A stretch of DNA of 64,000 nucleotides from an uncultured Actinomycetota bacterium (GCA_963844455.1 CAWJOH010000015.1:265210-329209); one strand, 5' to 3'; positions 9,146-20,391 are shown, counted from the first letter of the stretch. The notes: a model not told the origin generated them from the letters alone. Numbers and translations are program-made.

Positions 9146-11422
9146 TCAAACACCAACGGGCGTGACCGCCAGGCGCGCCGACAGCACGTCGATGATGGGC
9201 CGCAGCTCCATCCACCACTGGGTGACCGGTCGCCGGTGCTTCCAATCGGCAAGCTCCTCGGCGCGCCGGAAGGGCAGGATGCGCACGGTGCCCTCGTGCA
9301 GCCCGATGACGGCGCCCTCGCTCCTGCGGGTGTCGATCTGGTTGCTCAGCCAGTCGACCGAGTGCGCCGCCAGCCGGGTGGCCAGGATGCGGTCGAACGG
9401 CGACGGCGCGCCGCCCTGCTGCGTCTGGCCGAGCACGACCTGGCGGGCGTCGAACAGGTCCTGGCTCTCCTGTTCGAAGAGCCGGCACAGGAAGTCGCTG
9501 GTGTACATGGGGCTGGCGTGCTCGTTCATCACCGTGAGGAAGAGCCGCTGACCGACCCGGAAGCTGTCCACCATCTGGTCGATGTCCGCGGCCAGCTCCT
9601 TCAGCGTGATGCCCGCCTCGTTGAGATACACCCGGACGGCGCCGCCGGACAGCCCGCCCATCAGGGCGAGATAGCCGCAGTCCCCGCCCATCGTCTCGAC
9701 CACGAAGCAGCGCCGGGACGCGGTGCCGGTCTGCCGGATGCGATCGATGGAGTCGACGATGTGGTTCAGCGCGCTGTCGGCGCCCACCGAGTACTCCGAG
9801 TTCACGATGTTGTTGTCGATGGTGGCCGGCAGGCAGATCATCGGCAGCTGAAAGGCCGGGTAGCGCTCCGCCTCGCCGCGCAGGGACAGCGCCGCCTGGA
9901 AGGCGTCCCAGCCCCCGATGATCAGCAGCGCGTCGACGCCGTTCTGCTCCAGTCCCCGGCCGATCGCGTAGAGGTCCTTGACCGTCGGCACGTGCCGGCT
10001 GATGCCGAGCTCCGCGCCGCCGCGCCCCGTCCAGCCCTCGACGTCGCCCCAGCGCATCTCCCGCACGTCGCCGTCGACCAGGCCCTGGAAACTGCCCTCG
10101 ACGCCGAGCATGACGTGCCCGCGGTCCAGCCCGAGGCGGATGGCCGCCCGCGCCGCCGCATTCATGCCGGGCGCCAGTCCGCCCACGTTCAGCACGGCGA
10201 TGCGGCTCGACTTCTGCTTGCGCCGCACCGTCGGCAGCGCGTGGGTGAGCGCGTTGAAGACGTGCAGCATCTCGGTGTAGCTGTCTCCGCGCATGGCCAG
10301 CGCGATGTCGAAGTCCTTGGCCTCGATCCGGTTCGCCAGCTCGCGGGTCTGCGCGACGCAATCCATCAGCGGCACCCTCGCGACACGGTTGCCGCGGATG
10401 CCGAGCAGCTGCGGCACGCTGTCCGGGGTGGCGGCCAGCACGTCCTCGACGGCGGCGTGGCCCAGGATCGAGCTCATGGAGCGGTCGATGGCGCTCGGCG
10501 CACCGCCGCGCTGCACGTGGCCGAGGATGGTCACCCGGGTGTCCTCGCCGAGCTTGTGCTCGAGCACGTGGTGCACGTACTCGCTGGTGATCGGCTTGTT
10601 GTCCGAGTCGTGCGCGCCCTCGGCGACGACGACGATGATGTTCCGCCGACCGGCCGCCCGCCCCTGCCGGAGCAGCTCGCACATCTGCTCCTCCCAGCCC
10701 GGGTCGGGCGGGGCCTCGGGGATCAGGACGTAGTCGGCGCCGCCGGCGATCGCGCTCATCAGGGCCAGGTAGCCGCAGTGCCGGCCCATGACCTCGACCA
10801 CGAAGCTGCGCTGATGACTGGCCGCCGTGCTCTGGATCGAGTCGATGGCCTCGACGATCCGGTGCAGCGCCGAGTCCGCACCGATCGTCTCGTCGGTGCC
10901 GACCATGTCGTTGTCGATGGAGCCCACGAGCCCGGCGATCATCAGGTTCGGGTGGCGATCGGCGGTCTCCTGGTCGATCTCGCCGGCCGCCAGCAGCTCC
11001 GCGACGTGCGACGGCCACTCCGCGCGCAGCGCGTCGGCGCCGCTCAGGCTGCCGTCACCGCCGATGATCACCATCCGGTCGATGCCGATGCCGAGCAGGT
11101 TCCGCACCGCCTCCCGACGGCCCTCCCGCTCCCGGAACCGCGTCGACCGGGCGGTGCCGATCACCGTGCCGCCGCGGTTCAGGATGCTGCTCACGTCGTC
11201 CCAGGTGACGGGGCGGATCCGGTCGCCACCCTCGACGAGGCCCTGATATCCCTCGTAGACCGCGTAGATCTCGGCGCCGAGGTTGAGCGCGGTCCGCACC
11301 ACGGCGCGGACGGCCGGATTCATGCCCTGGGCGTCGCCACCGCTGGTCATCACCGCCAGCCGGGTGGGGACCGCAGCGTCCTCGGCGCCAGCGGTCCCCT
11401 CGGCGCCCGTCGGCCCACTCAT
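9146..11422 (-). CDS. pfkA: ATP-dependent 6-phosphofructokinase, tandem-duplicated eukaryotic-type
   Basis: 758 aa with two PFK halves: TSGGDAQGMN, GGDGS, GSIDND, MGRHCGYLA; then NVGGLAPGMN, PATIDNN, ETMGGDCGYLA, QQGGAPSPFDR. Confidence 0.93.
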   Translation of the reverse strand: MSGPTGAEGTAGAEDAAVPTRLAVMTSGGDAQGMNPAVRAVVRTALNLGAEIYAVYEGYQGLVEGGDRIRPVTWDDVSSILNRGGTVIGTARSTRFREREGRREAVRNLLGIGIDRMVIIGGDGSLSGADALRAEWPSHVAELLAAGEIDQETADRHPNLMIAGLVGSIDNDMVGTDETIGADSALHRIVEAIDSIQSTAASHQRSFVVEVMGRHCGYLALMSAIAGGADYVLIPEAPPDPGWEEQMCELLRQGRAAGRRNIIVVVAEGAHDSDNKPITSEYVHHVLEHKLGEDTRVTILGHVQRGGAPSAIDRSMSSILGHAAVEDVLAATPDSVPQLLGIRGNRVARVPLMDCVAQTRELANRIEAKDFDIALAMRGDSYTEMLHVFNALTHALPTVRRKQKSSRIAVLNVGGLAPGMNAAARAAIRLGLDRGHVMLGVEGSFQGLVDGDVREMRWGDVEGWTGRGGAELGISRHVPTVKDLYAIGRGLEQNGVDALLIIGGWDAFQAALSLRGEAERYPAFQLPMICLPATIDNNIVNSEYSVGADSALNHIVDSIDRIRQTGTASRRCFVVETMGGDCGYLALMGGLSGGAVRVYLNEAGITLKELAADIDQMVDSFRVGQRLFLTVMNEHASPMYTSDFLCRLFEQESQDLFDARQVVLGQTQQGGAPSPFDRILATRLAAHSVDWLSNQIDTRRSEGAVIGLHEGTVRILPFRRAEELADWKHRRPVTQWWMELRPIIDVLSARLAVTPVGV

Positions 11423-11425
11423 CGA

Positions 11426-12577
11426 TCAGCGGACCTTGCCCGCCAGAACGTCCCGGACGTCGGCGTACAGCGCGTCGCCGGGCTCCAGGCCGGTGATCCT
11501 GCTGGTCGCCTCCTCCGCGGACAGCGTGTGCAGCAGCCGCTGCAGCTCCACGCTCTCCGGATCCTCGGGCACGTCGAAGGACAGCGCGGCGTCGACCGTG
11601 GACAGCAGGTACGTCGGCCGCTCGCCCAGCGCCGCGAGCTCGGCCGCCGGGCCGATGAGCCGCTCCTTGCGTGACAGCTTGCGCAGCGGCTGGCGGCCGA
11701 CGCGCTCGACAGTGTCCGGCAGGTAAGGGTTCTCGAACCGGGTGAGGATCTTCTCCAGGTACGCCTGCTGCGCGGCCGGGCTGAACTCGTGCTTGTCGAC
11801 GAGCAGCCGCTTCGTCTCGGCGAGGACGCCCTGGACCGCGTCGCGGACCTGCGGGTCGGCGAGCGCGTCGCTGAGCTTGCTGATCCCGCGGGCGAAGCCG
11901 TGGTAGGCCGTCGCGGCATGACCCGTGTTCACGGTGAACAGCTTCCGCTCGATGTACGGCGCCAGGTCGTCCACCCACGTGGCGTCCGGGATCGACGGCT
12001 CGCGGCCGCCGAACGGCCCGCGCTCCACCGCCCACTCGAAGTAGGTCTCCACCGTGACGTCCAGGCCCTGGTCGCCGGCCTGGCCGGGCACGATGCGATC
12101 GACCGCGGTGTTCGCGAAAACCGCCCGGGCGGCGAGGGTCTGCCACTCGTCGTCCGGTACCTGCGCGCGCATGTGCTCGACGAGCACCTGCGTCGCGTTG
12201 ATCGCGTTCTCGCACGCCATCACCGCCAGCGGCGCGGCGCCCTCGGCGCGCTGCCGCAGGCCCTGCACGATGACCGGCGCGACGAACTTCAGGATCGTCG
12301 GACCAACGGCGGTGGTGACGATGTCGGCCCGCGAGATCTCGCCGGCGACGTCGGCCTCGTGCGTGCCGCTGTTGATCGCCCGGTAGTTGTCCACCCGCTC
12401 CTCGCGCGACTCCAGCCCGACCTCCTTGACCAGGTAGCTCGGCGTCTCCTGCAGCGCGGTGATCAGCGGCGCCGCGACGTCGGCGAACACCACCTCGTAG
12501 CCCGCGCGGTGCAGGATCAGCCCGACGAACCCGCGACCGATGTTGCCCGCACCGAAATGGACCGCGGTGCCGCTCAT
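11426..12577 (-). CDS. mtlD: Mannitol-1-phosphate 5-dehydrogenase
   Basis: HFGAGNIGRGF, ACEN, VDRIVP, ERKLFTVNTGHA, RVGRQPLRKL. Confidence 0.95.
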   Translation of the reverse strand: MSGTAVHFGAGNIGRGFVGLILHRAGYEVVFADVAAPLITALQETPSYLVKEVGLESREERVDNYRAINSGTHEADVAGEISRADIVTTAVGPTILKFVAPVIVQGLRQRAEGAAPLAVMACENAINATQVLVEHMRAQVPDDEWQTLAARAVFANTAVDRIVPGQAGDQGLDVTVETYFEWAVERGPFGGREPSIPDATWVDDLAPYIERKLFTVNTGHAATAYHGFARGISKLSDALADPQVRDAVQGVLAETKRLLVDKHEFSPAAQQAYLEKILTRFENPYLPDTVERVGRQPLRKLSRKERLIGPAAELAALGERPTYLLSTVDAALSFDVPEDPESVELQRLLHTLSAEEATSRITGLEPGDALYADVRDVLAGKVR

Positions 12578-13011
12578 TCTTCGTTGACCGCGTTGAGCAG
12601 CTCGTAGACCTCCTCGGCCGAGCCCGCCGCGACCAGCTTGTCGACCTCGTCGGTGTCGGCGAACACGATGGCGATCTTGGACAGGATCTCCAGGTGGCCG
12701 CCCTCGTGCCCGGCGATGCCGACCGCGAACCGGACCTCGTTGCCGTCCCAGTCGATCGGCGGGTCGTACTTCACCACCGACAGCGCGGACCGCTTGATCT
12801 CATCCTTGGACTCGTTGGTGCCGTGCGGGATGGCCAGGTAGTTGCCCATGAAGGTGGACACCGACTTCTCCCGCTCGAACATCGCCTCGACGTAGGCGTC
12901 GGAGACGGCGCCCGCGTCGACCAGGATGCCGCCCGCCTCGCGGATGGCGTCGTCCTTCGTGGTCGCGGCTCCGGGGACCTTGATCTGGGAGAGCGTGAGG
13001 ATGTCACTCAT
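12574..13011 (-). CDS. mtlF: PTS mannitol EIIA
   Basis: REKSVSTFMGNYLAIPHG phospho-His motif; overlaps the mtlD start. Confidence 0.92.
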   Translation of the reverse strand: MSDILTLSQIKVPGAATTKDDAIREAGGILVDAGAVSDAYVEAMFEREKSVSTFMGNYLAIPHGTNESKDEIKRSALSVVKYDPPIDWDGNEVRFAVGIAGHEGGHLEILSKIAIVFADTDEVDKLVAAGSAEEVYELLNAVNEE

Positions 13012-13203
13012 GCTGCGGCGAACTCCTTCTGGTTCCGCTGGCTCAGCGGGACCGATTGGCGGGGCGGTTCGACGGGACGGCTCGGTGGACACGGTGGGTG
13101 GGACGGTGGGGAAACGTCGGGTCGGACCGTCCGGTGCTGACGGACCGGGGTACGGATCGGTGCCTGCCCATTGTCGGACCTCCGTCCGCCGACGGCATCA
13201 CGA

Positions 13204-13233
13204 AAGGGGGGACGCCGCTCGGCGTCCCCCCTT
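13204..13233 (-). terminator. Hairpin after mtlA (intra-operon terminator or mRNA stabiliser)
   Basis: AAGGGGGGACGCCG-CT-CGGCGTCCCCCCTT perfect inverted repeat 16 nt past the mtlA stop; short U run on the minus strand. Confidence 0.7.
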
Positions 13234-13249
13234 GTCGGTGATCGACGGG

Positions 13250-14797
13250 CTAGGTCGACGAGACCTTGTTGGTGTGCTTGAGCTCTTCCACGATCTCGTC
13301 GTACCTGGGGCTGTTCATGAAGTTGTCGACCGAGACGTGCTGCGCGCCCGGCGACATGTCCCTGGCCCGCGGCGTCAGGTCCTGGTGGGTGACGATCAGG
13401 TCGACGTCGTCCGTCAGGTTGGCGATCGCGATGTTGACCACGGTGACGTCCGTGAACCCGGCCTTCTTCACCTTGTTGCGGAGCACCGAGGCGCCCATCG
13501 CGCTGGAGCCCATGCCGGCATCGCAGGCAAAGACGATCTTGTGGATGGGCGTCGTGCGGGACTTGGCCTCGTGCGCCTCCTCGGCCGCCTCGGCCTGGGC
13601 CTCGATGTCGGTGAGCACGCCGGACACGGAGCTCTTCTTGCCCTTCATCTGCTCCATCTGGGCGGTCGCCTGCGCCAGGTCCGCCGACTTCGTCCTGCTG
13701 GTCCGCAGGATCAGCGAACAGATGACGAAGGACACCGTGAACGCCAGTATCACCGCGAGTATCACCCCGACGAAACTGCCGCCGGGCGTCTGTATGAGGA
13801 CCGCGATGATCGATCCGGGGGCGGCCGGGGCGCGCAGGCCGGCGCCGAAGATGCTCAGCGTGAGGATGCCGACCATGCCGCCGGCGATCGTGCCGATCAG
13901 CAGGATCGGCTTCATCAGCACGTACGGGAAGTAGATCTCGTGGATGCCGCCGAAGAACTGGATGATCGCGGCGGCCGGCGCGGTGCTCTTCGCCAGGCCG
14001 GTGCCGAAGATCGAGTAGGCCAGCAGGACGCCCAGGCCGGGGCCGGGGTTCGCCTCCAGCAGGAACAGGATCGACTGACCGGTCTCGGCCGATTCGTTGA
14101 TGCCGAGCGGGGTGAGCACGCCGTGGTTGATCGCGTTGTTCAGGAACAACACTTTCGCCGGTTCGATGATGAGACTGGCCAGTGGTAGCAGGCTGTTGCT
14201 GATCAGCCAGTCCACGCCGTTGCCGAGCGCGGTCGAGATGCCCTCGATCACCGGGCCGAACACGTACAGGGCCGCGACAGCCACACCCGCGGCCAGAATG
14301 CCGGCGGAGAAGTTGTTGACCAGCATCTCGAAGCCGGGCTTGATCTTGCCGTCCCAGATCGCGTCGACCTTCTTCATGAGCCACGCGGTGAGCGGGCCCA
14401 TGATCATCGCCCCGAGGAACATCGGCTGCGGCGTCGCCATGATCACGCCCATGGTGCCGATGACGCCGACCACGGCGCCCCGCACGCCGTAGACCATCCG
14501 GCCGCCCTGCGCCGCGATCAGGATCGGCAGCATGTAGCGGATCATCGGGCCGACCAGACCCGCGTACGGAAGGCCGTCCGCGTCCAGACCGAAGCCCGTC
14601 TCGGCGTTGCCACCGCCGATCTGCCCGAGCGGGAACGGACCCTTCTCGATGAACAGCGCCGTGATGATGCCCCAGGCGATGAACGCGGCGATGTTCGGCA
14701 TGATCATCCCGGACAGGAACGTGCCGAACTTCTGGACTGCTACCCGCGCGCCGCTCTTGCCGGGCGGCGCTGCGGGTGCTGCGGCTGCTTCGCTCAC
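13250..14797 (-). CDS. mtlA: PTS mannitol EIICB
   Basis: QKFGTFLSGMIMPNI, EPAKVLFLNNAINHG, EANPGPG, GGIHEIYFPY, FACDAGMGSSAMG; GTG start after GAAAGG. Confidence 0.95.
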   Translation of the reverse strand: MSEAAAAPAAPPGKSGARVAVQKFGTFLSGMIMPNIAAFIAWGIITALFIEKGPFPLGQIGGGNAETGFGLDADGLPYAGLVGPMIRYMLPILIAAQGGRMVYGVRGAVVGVIGTMGVIMATPQPMFLGAMIMGPLTAWLMKKVDAIWDGKIKPGFEMLVNNFSAGILAAGVAVAALYVFGPVIEGISTALGNGVDWLISNSLLPLASLIIEPAKVLFLNNAINHGVLTPLGINESAETGQSILFLLEANPGPGLGVLLAYSIFGTGLAKSTAPAAAIIQFFGGIHEIYFPYVLMKPILLIGTIAGGMVGILTLSIFGAGLRAPAAPGSIIAVLIQTPGGSFVGVILAVILAFTVSFVICSLILRTSRTKSADLAQATAQMEQMKGKKSSVSGVLTDIEAQAEAAEEAHEAKSRTTPIHKIVFACDAGMGSSAMGASVLRNKVKKAGFTDVTVVNIAIANLTDDVDLIVTHQDLTPRARDMSPGAQHVSVDNFMNSPRYDEIVEELKHTNKVSST

Positions 14798-14977
14798 GAG
14801 GAACCTTTCCGTCGGCGCGCGAGGGGGAGTGTTCCCCGGCTGCGCATCCGGCTTCATCGAACGATGCCGGGACTGGCTCTGTGCGACTGCATCTGTCGGC
14901 AACCGGCGACGCCGGCCGCGACCTGGTGTCCCGCCCTGCGGCTTTCGCCGAGACGACGGGGTGCGACTAGGGACTAA

Positions 14978-15005
14978 ACGATAATCGCGCTACCACGATC
15001 CGCAA
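14978..15005 (-). promoter_or_regulatory. Putative sigma-A promoter of the mtl operon
   Basis: Minus strand TTGCGG-N16-TATCGT in a locally AT-richer patch. Confidence 0.4.
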
Positions 15006-15333
15006 GACAGCGGCGATGTCGAGTTGTCTCGCGTCGCCGGTCACGGACCCGGCGGAGCCCGGCGGACCGCCCCCGGGAACCGGGGTTTGCGCGGCGGGCC
15101 CGTCCGGTCGTGACCGCAGCGTGACGTCGGGCGGCCCCCGGCGAAGCCGTTCGAGGCCGGCGCGTGCTGCATTCGTGATGATGGTCGCTGCGCACGTCCG
15201 GCGTGTCGTCGCCTCGTCCGGCGCGCGGGTGAGACGCGGACGCGGGCGCCGAGCGCCCGCGTCGGCTCCCGGGGGTCGGCGAGTTGCGCGGCGCAGGCCC
15301 CGGCCGCGGGCGGCCGGGTGGACCCGGCTGGGG

Positions 15334-16527
15334 TCAGGCCATGCTGACGGAGGGCTCCCCGCTCACGGCCCCGGCGGCACGCATCTCGTCGGCCATCCGC
15401 ATCGCCTCGTCGAGCAGGGTCTCCACGATCTGGGCCTCCGGCACCGTGCGGATGACCTCGCCGCGCACGAAGATCTGGCCCTTGCCGTTGCCGGACGCGA
15501 CGCCGAGGTCCGCCTCGCGGGCCTCGCCGGGCCCGTTCACAACGCAGCCCATCACGGCGACGCGCAGCGGGACGTCGAGCCCCTCGAGCCCGGCGGTGAC
15601 CTGCTCGGCGAGCGTGTACACGTCGACCTGGGCGCGACCGCAGGACGGGCAGGAGACGATCTCCAGCCCGCGCTCGCGCAGGTTCAGCGACTCCAGGATC
15701 TGCAGCCCGACCTTGACCTCCTCGACCGGCGGGGCCGACAGCGACACCCGGATCGTGTCGCCGATGCCCTGCGCGAGCAGCGCGCCGAAGGCGACGGACG
15801 ACTTGATCGTGCCCTGGAACGCCGGGCCGGCCTCGGTGACGCCGAGATGCAGCGGGTAGTCGCACTGCTGGGCGAGGAGCTCGTAGGCCCGGACCATCAC
15901 GACCGGGTCGTTGTGCTTGACCGAGATCTTGATGTCCCGGAAGCCGTGCTCCTCGAACAGCGAGCACTCCCACAGCGCGGACTCGACCAGTGCCTCGGGC
16001 GTCGCCCTGCCGTACTTGGCGAGCAGCCGCTTGTCCAGGGAACCGGCGTTCACTCCGATGCGGATGGGCGTCCCGGCATCCGCTGCGGCCCGGGCGATCT
16101 CGCCGACGCGGTCGTCGAAGGCCTTGATGTTGCCCGGATTGACCCGCACGGCGGCGCAGCCGGCGTCGATGGCGGCGAACACGTACTTCGGTTGGAAGTG
16201 GATGTCGGCGATCACCGGGATCTGTGACTTCTTCGCGATCGCCGGCAGCGCGTCGGCGTCGTCGTTCGTCGGCACCGCGACCCGCACGATCTGGCAGCCG
16301 GAGGCGGTCAGCTCGGCGATCTGCTGCAGCGTGGCGTTGATGTCGGCGGTGACCGTCGTCGTCATCGACTGCACCGACACCGGGTGGTCGCTGCCGACCC
16401 CGACGCCGCCGACGTCGAGCTGCCGCGTCCGGCGGCGGGGAGCCAGCACGGGAGCCTCGCGGTCGGCGGGCAGCGTCGGCATGCCGAGGCCGATGGCCGG
16501 GGTGGATGTGACGGACGAACTGGACAC
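15334..16527 (-). CDS. ispG: HMBPP synthase (flavodoxin-dependent)
   Basis: [52 protein letters not shown]; the real gene is the 3' part of ORF 15334..17943. Confidence 0.96.
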   Translation of the reverse strand: MSSSSVTSTPAIGLGMPTLPADREAPVLAPRRRTRQLDVGGVGVGSDHPVSVQSMTTTVTADINATLQQIAELTASGCQIVRVAVPTNDDADALPAIAKKSQIPVIADIHFQPKYVFAAIDAGCAAVRVNPGNIKAFDDRVGEIARAAADAGTPIRIGVNAGSLDKRLLAKYGRATPEALVESALWECSLFEEHGFRDIKISVKHNDPVVMVRAYELLAQQCDYPLHLGVTEAGPAFQGTIKSSVAFGALLAQGIGDTIRVSLSAPPVEEVKVGLQILESLNLRERGLEIVSCPSCGRAQVDVYTLAEQVTAGLEGLDVPLRVAVMGCVVNGPGEAREADLGVASGNGKGQIFVRGEVIRTVPEAQIVETLLDEAMRMADEMRAAGAVSGEPSVSMA

Positions 16528-16535
16528 GTCGATTC

Positions 16536-17867
16536 CTATCCGAACAGTTTCACGGGATTGACGACGTCGGCGATGAGGGTGAGCACGGTCAGGCCGACGA
16601 ACAGCAGCGCCACCAGGTACGCGACGGGCATCAGCGTCGCGACGTCGAACGGGCCCGGATCGGCCTTGCCGCGCAGCCGCGCCCAGCCCTTGCGCACCCA
16701 CTCGATGGCGGCGCCCAGGATGTGCCCGCCGTCGAGCGGCAGCAGCGGCAGCATGTTGATCAGGAACAGGCTCATGTTGAATCCGGCGACGAGATTCAGG
16801 AAGAGCACCAACTTGTCGGTGTTCGACGTGTCCGACGCGAGGATCTCCCCGCCGATCCGGCCGGCGCCGACGATCCCGACGGGAGTGTTGATGTCGCGGT
16901 CGGTGCCGCTGAAGATCGCGTCCCACAGCGCGGGGATGCGCGACGGGATCGCCACCACGGCCTGCGCTGCCGAGCCGATGAACTGGCCCGTCCGGGTGAC
17001 GGCCGCGCCGACCGTCTGCTGGGTGTACGGGCTGGTGACGGAGACACCGAGGAAGCCGGCCGGCTCGATGCCGATCTGCCGGCCCTGGTCGTCGAGCACC
17101 GGGCGCTGCGTCTGCACGATCGGCACGGCGACCGTCGCGGCCTGCCCGTTCCGCACGTACCCGATGTCCACGGTGCTGCCGGCCGAACCGCGGATCAGCG
17201 TGGTCAGCTGGTCCCATTCGGTGACGGGTGCGCCGTCGAACGAGACGATCTCGTCGCCGGGCTGCAGGCCGGCGGCGGCCGCGGGGGTGGCCGGGTCCCC
17301 GGGGGCGCATTCGGTGCGCTGATCGGCGGCCGCCGCGGCGGCGGGGATCACGCAGGCGCTGACCTGGCTGACGGTGGTGCTCGGCGTGGGCACGCCGATG
17401 CCGACCATCAGGACCGCGAAGATGCCCACCGCGAGGATCAGGTTCATGAAGGGGCCGGCGAACATGATGACGATCCGCTTGAACGGATGCAGCTGGTAGA
17501 ACTGCCTGCCCTCGTCCGCCTCGGTGACCTGCGTGCGATCGCTCGCCCTGGTCTCGTCGATGATGTTGCGCACCATGCCGGCCGCGCCCATCGCGGTGGT
17601 GCTCGGCGCCGAGCGCCAGCGGCCGCGCCGCGGCCGCTCCGGGGGCACCATCCCGATCATCCGGATGTAGCCGCCGAGCGGGATCGCCTTGAAGCCGTAC
17701 TCGGTCTCGCCGACCCGCCTGGACCACACCGTCTTGCCGAAGCCGACCATGTACTGGGTGGTGCGGACCTTGAACAGCTTGGCGAAGGTCAGGTGGCCGA
17801 GCTCGTGCCACGCGATGGAGAACAGCAGCGCCAGCGCGAACAGCACGATGCCGATCACGGTCCACAT
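16536..17867 (-). CDS. rip1: RseP/Rip1 M50 intramembrane zinc metalloprotease with PDZ domain
   Basis: HELGH, AGPFMN, GLQPGD (PDZ), [12 protein letters not shown]; lies between dxr and ispG. Confidence 0.92.
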   Translation of the reverse strand: MWTVIGIVLFALALLFSIAWHELGHLTFAKLFKVRTTQYMVGFGKTVWSRRVGETEYGFKAIPLGGYIRMIGMVPPERPRRGRWRSAPSTTAMGAAGMVRNIIDETRASDRTQVTEADEGRQFYQLHPFKRIVIMFAGPFMNLILAVGIFAVLMVGIGVPTPSTTVSQVSACVIPAAAAAADQRTECAPGDPATPAAAAGLQPGDEIVSFDGAPVTEWDQLTTLIRGSAGSTVDIGYVRNGQAATVAVPIVQTQRPVLDDQGRQIGIEPAGFLGVSVTSPYTQQTVGAAVTRTGQFIGSAAQAVVAIPSRIPALWDAIFSGTDRDINTPVGIVGAGRIGGEILASDTSNTDKLVLFLNLVAGFNMSLFLINMLPLLPLDGGHILGAAIEWVRKGWARLRGKADPGPFDVATLMPVAYLVALLFVGLTVLTLIADVVNPVKLFG

Positions 17868-19019
17868 CTAGATCGACGCCCCTACCCCACTGACGGTCGC
17901 CGACTGCGACTCGATGATCTCGCGTGCGCGCTTGCGGGCCCACTCTTCCGTGTCCCGGACGTCGGACAGCTCGCGCGGGTTGTCCCGCCGGCCGTCCGAC
18001 TCGTCCAGGATGCGCCCGAGCAGGTCCGAGATGCCTGTGAATCGCAGATGCCCGGCGCGGAAGGCGTGGACGGCCTCCTCGTTCGCGGCGTTGAAGGCGG
18101 CCGGCACGGTGCCGCCCGCGCGGCCCGCCGCGAACGCCAGGTCCAGCGCCGGGAACGCCAGGCGGTCCACCGGTTCGAACGTCCAGGACGCCGGTGCGGT
18201 GAAGTCGCAGGCGCGGATGACGGGGTCGAGCCGGTCCGGCCAGGCGAGGGCCAGCGCGATGGGCAGCCGCATGTCGGGCGGGCTGGCCTGGGCGATGGTC
18301 GCCCCGTCGACGAACGTGACCATCGAGTGGATGACGGACTGCGGGTGGACCACGACCTCGATGCGGTCGTAGGGCACCCCGAACAGCAGGTGCGCCTCGA
18401 TCACCTCCAGGCCCTTGTTCACCAGGGTCGCCGAGTTGATCGTGACGACCGGTCCCATGTCCCAGGTGGGGTGGGCGAGCGCGTCACGCGCGGTCACCGT
18501 CCGCATCTGCTCGGCGGTCCGGCCGCGGAACGGGCCGCCCGATGCGGTCAGCACCAGCGAGCGGACCTCGGCCGGTGCCCCCGACCGCAGGCACTGGGCC
18601 AGCGCGCTGTGCTCCGAGTCCACGGGCACGATCTGCCCGGGCGCGGCGGCGTCGGTGACCAGCCGGCCGCCGGCGACCAGCGACTCCTTGTTCGCCAGGG
18701 CCAGCGTGCGCCCCGCGCGCAGCGCCGCCAGGGTGGGCGCCAGCCCGACCGAGCCGGTGATCGCGTTGAGGACCACGTCGGCGTCGACGGTCTCGATCAG
18801 CTCGACGGCGGCCTCGGCGCCGATCGCGACCGCCGCGCCGGGGTGGGCGGCCCGCTGCGCGTCGAGCAGGTCCCGACGGGACCCGCCGGCGGCGAGGCCG
18901 ACGACCTCGAACCGGCCCGGGTGCTCGCGCATCACGTCGATGGCCTGCGTGCCGACGGAGCCGGTGGATCCGAGGACGACGACGCGACGGCGGTCAGGCA
19001 GGTCGCGCTCGCTCGTCAC
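17868..19019 (-). CDS. dxr: 1-deoxy-D-xylulose-5-phosphate reductoisomerase
   Basis: [47 protein letters not shown]. Confidence 0.97.
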   Translation of the reverse strand: MTSERDLPDRRRVVVLGSTGSVGTQAIDVMREHPGRFEVVGLAAGGSRRDLLDAQRAAHPGAAVAIGAEAAVELIETVDADVVLNAITGSVGLAPTLAALRAGRTLALANKESLVAGGRLVTDAAAPGQIVPVDSEHSALAQCLRSGAPAEVRSLVLTASGGPFRGRTAEQMRTVTARDALAHPTWDMGPVVTINSATLVNKGLEVIEAHLLFGVPYDRIEVVVHPQSVIHSMVTFVDGATIAQASPPDMRLPIALALAWPDRLDPVIRACDFTAPASWTFEPVDRLAFPALDLAFAAGRAGGTVPAAFNAANEEAVHAFRAGHLRFTGISDLLGRILDESDGRRDNPRELSDVRDTEEWARKRAREIIESQSATVSGVGASI

Positions 19020-19069
19020 GCCGTCATTGTCCTCCACGGGACGCCCGAGCCAATCGACATACTGGCGGG

Positions 19070-19933
19070 GTGGCCGGCCGGAGCGGATTGAGCGTGCGCT
19101 GGCTCACCGCCATCCTGATCGTCGCCGCGATCGCCTCCGTCGTCGTGGTGTGGGGCCTGATCCGGGTCACCGACGACTCGCCGGGCGCGTCCGCGCCGTC
19201 CTCGCCGGCCGGCTCGTCCGGGGAATCCGTTGCGGCGTCGGATGGCTCGGCCGCTCCCGACTCCCCGGACCCGGTCGTCGAGACCGGTCCGGCCGGGACC
19301 GGCACGGACGGCGAGGAGTCGTCCCCGCGCACGCCGGCGCCCTCCGCCACCTCGACCGTCCGGCCACCACCCCCGCTGCCGGGCTCCGGCCTGCGGGTGC
19401 CCGCCGCGTGGACCGGTACCGCCGAGGTGACGCTCACCGTGCTGGGCGAGTGCGCGGCGGCCGGCGGCACGTCGTCGTACGTGCTCTCCGCGGACCTGGC
19501 CGTGCAACAGCCGGTGGCCGGCCGCGGTCCGATCCCGGACGCCAACCCGATCTCCCTGACGCTCGGCATCACCCCGGGTGGCATCCCGGGATTCGCCGCG
19601 AACTCCGCGGTGGTCGACGCCGCCGGCGAGGTGCAGCGGCTGTGGTGGCTGACGACCGGTGCGGGACCGGACGGCCGGACGATGCTCTCCGGCGTGCTGA
19701 TCGCCGACGCCCCCGTCGACGGCCAGCTGCCGCCGAACCTGCTCACCGACAACGAGACGGACCTGCAGCCGTGCGAGAGCGGGGGCACGGTCGGCGTCCC
19801 GCGGACACTGGCGGCAGGAGCGACGCTGACCGGCTGGATCAGCGGCACGGCGGCCGAGCTGACCCTGCACGGGGTGACCACCGACGGCGAGCGTCAGGTC
19901 GACGCCCGGGTCACCGCGACCCGGGTGCCCTGA
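19070..19933 (+). CDS. Membrane-anchored hypothetical protein (TM, Ser/Pro linker, beta-rich domain with 2 Cys)
   Basis: N-terminal hydrophobic helix and GC3-biased codons; start uncertain (possibly 19088 or 19094). Confidence 0.65.
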   Translation: MAGRSGLSVRWLTAILIVAAIASVVVVWGLIRVTDDSPGASAPSSPAGSSGESVAASDGSAAPDSPDPVVETGPAGTGTDGEESSPRTPAPSATSTVRPPPPLPGSGLRVPAAWTGTAEVTLTVLGECAAAGGTSSYVLSADLAVQQPVAGRGPIPDANPISLTLGITPGGIPGFAANSAVVDAAGEVQRLWWLTTGAGPDGRTMLSGVLIADAPVDGQLPPNLLTDNETDLQPCESGGTVGVPRTLAAGATLTGWISGTAAELTLHGVTTDGERQVDARVTATRVP

Positions 19934-19997
19934 CGTGACAGGATGACCGAATCCTGACCCGCGCGCCGCGCCGCGCACCGAATCGCCTGGAGGACTC

Positions 19998-20339
19998 GTG
20001 GCCGACGACTCGCCGGAGAAGATGGGTCCCGCATCGCCGGGGGATTTCGGCCACGGGACGGCGGTCGACATCGCGCACCACGGCGAGGTCGTCCACTACA
20101 ACCCCGATGCGCCGAGCGAGGCCTGGGGCTGGCACGGATCCTTCCGCGAGAGCATCGCGCCGCGCGGCTCCCGGATCCTGCTCTGGCTCGCGCCCATCGG
20201 CCTCGTGCTGCTCGCCGTGTTCGGCAACCACGAGTCGAACGTCGAGGACTGGTGGATGTTCGCGCTGGCCGGGCTGACCGTGCTCTGGCTGCTGGCCGGC
20301 GAGGCGGCGATCAAGAAGAAGCGCCGGCGGCGGCCGTAG
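19998..20339 (+). CDS. DUF2631-family small membrane protein
   Basis: PSEAWGWHG and GNHESNVEDWW motifs; usual position between dxr and rlmN; GGAGG RBS. Confidence 0.8.
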   Translation: MADDSPEKMGPASPGDFGHGTAVDIAHHGEVVHYNPDAPSEAWGWHGSFRESIAPRGSRILLWLAPIGLVLLAVFGNHESNVEDWWMFALAGLTVLWLLAGEAAIKKKRRRRP

Positions 20340-20391
20340 CCCGTCGCCCCGACCCGGTCGCCCGGGTCGCCCGACCCGATCGCACACGCGC

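Noticed and set aside
8858-11674. 938-aa plus-strand ORF and many other long overlapping ORFs
   Set aside because: Antisense or off-frame shadows of real genes caused by GC3 bias; Arg/Gly/Pro-rich with no motifs
15334-17943. 869-aa ORF suggesting an N-terminally extended IspG or Rip1-IspG fusion
   Set aside because: The extension is an off-frame read of rip1; ispG has its own start near 16527 just after the rip1 stop
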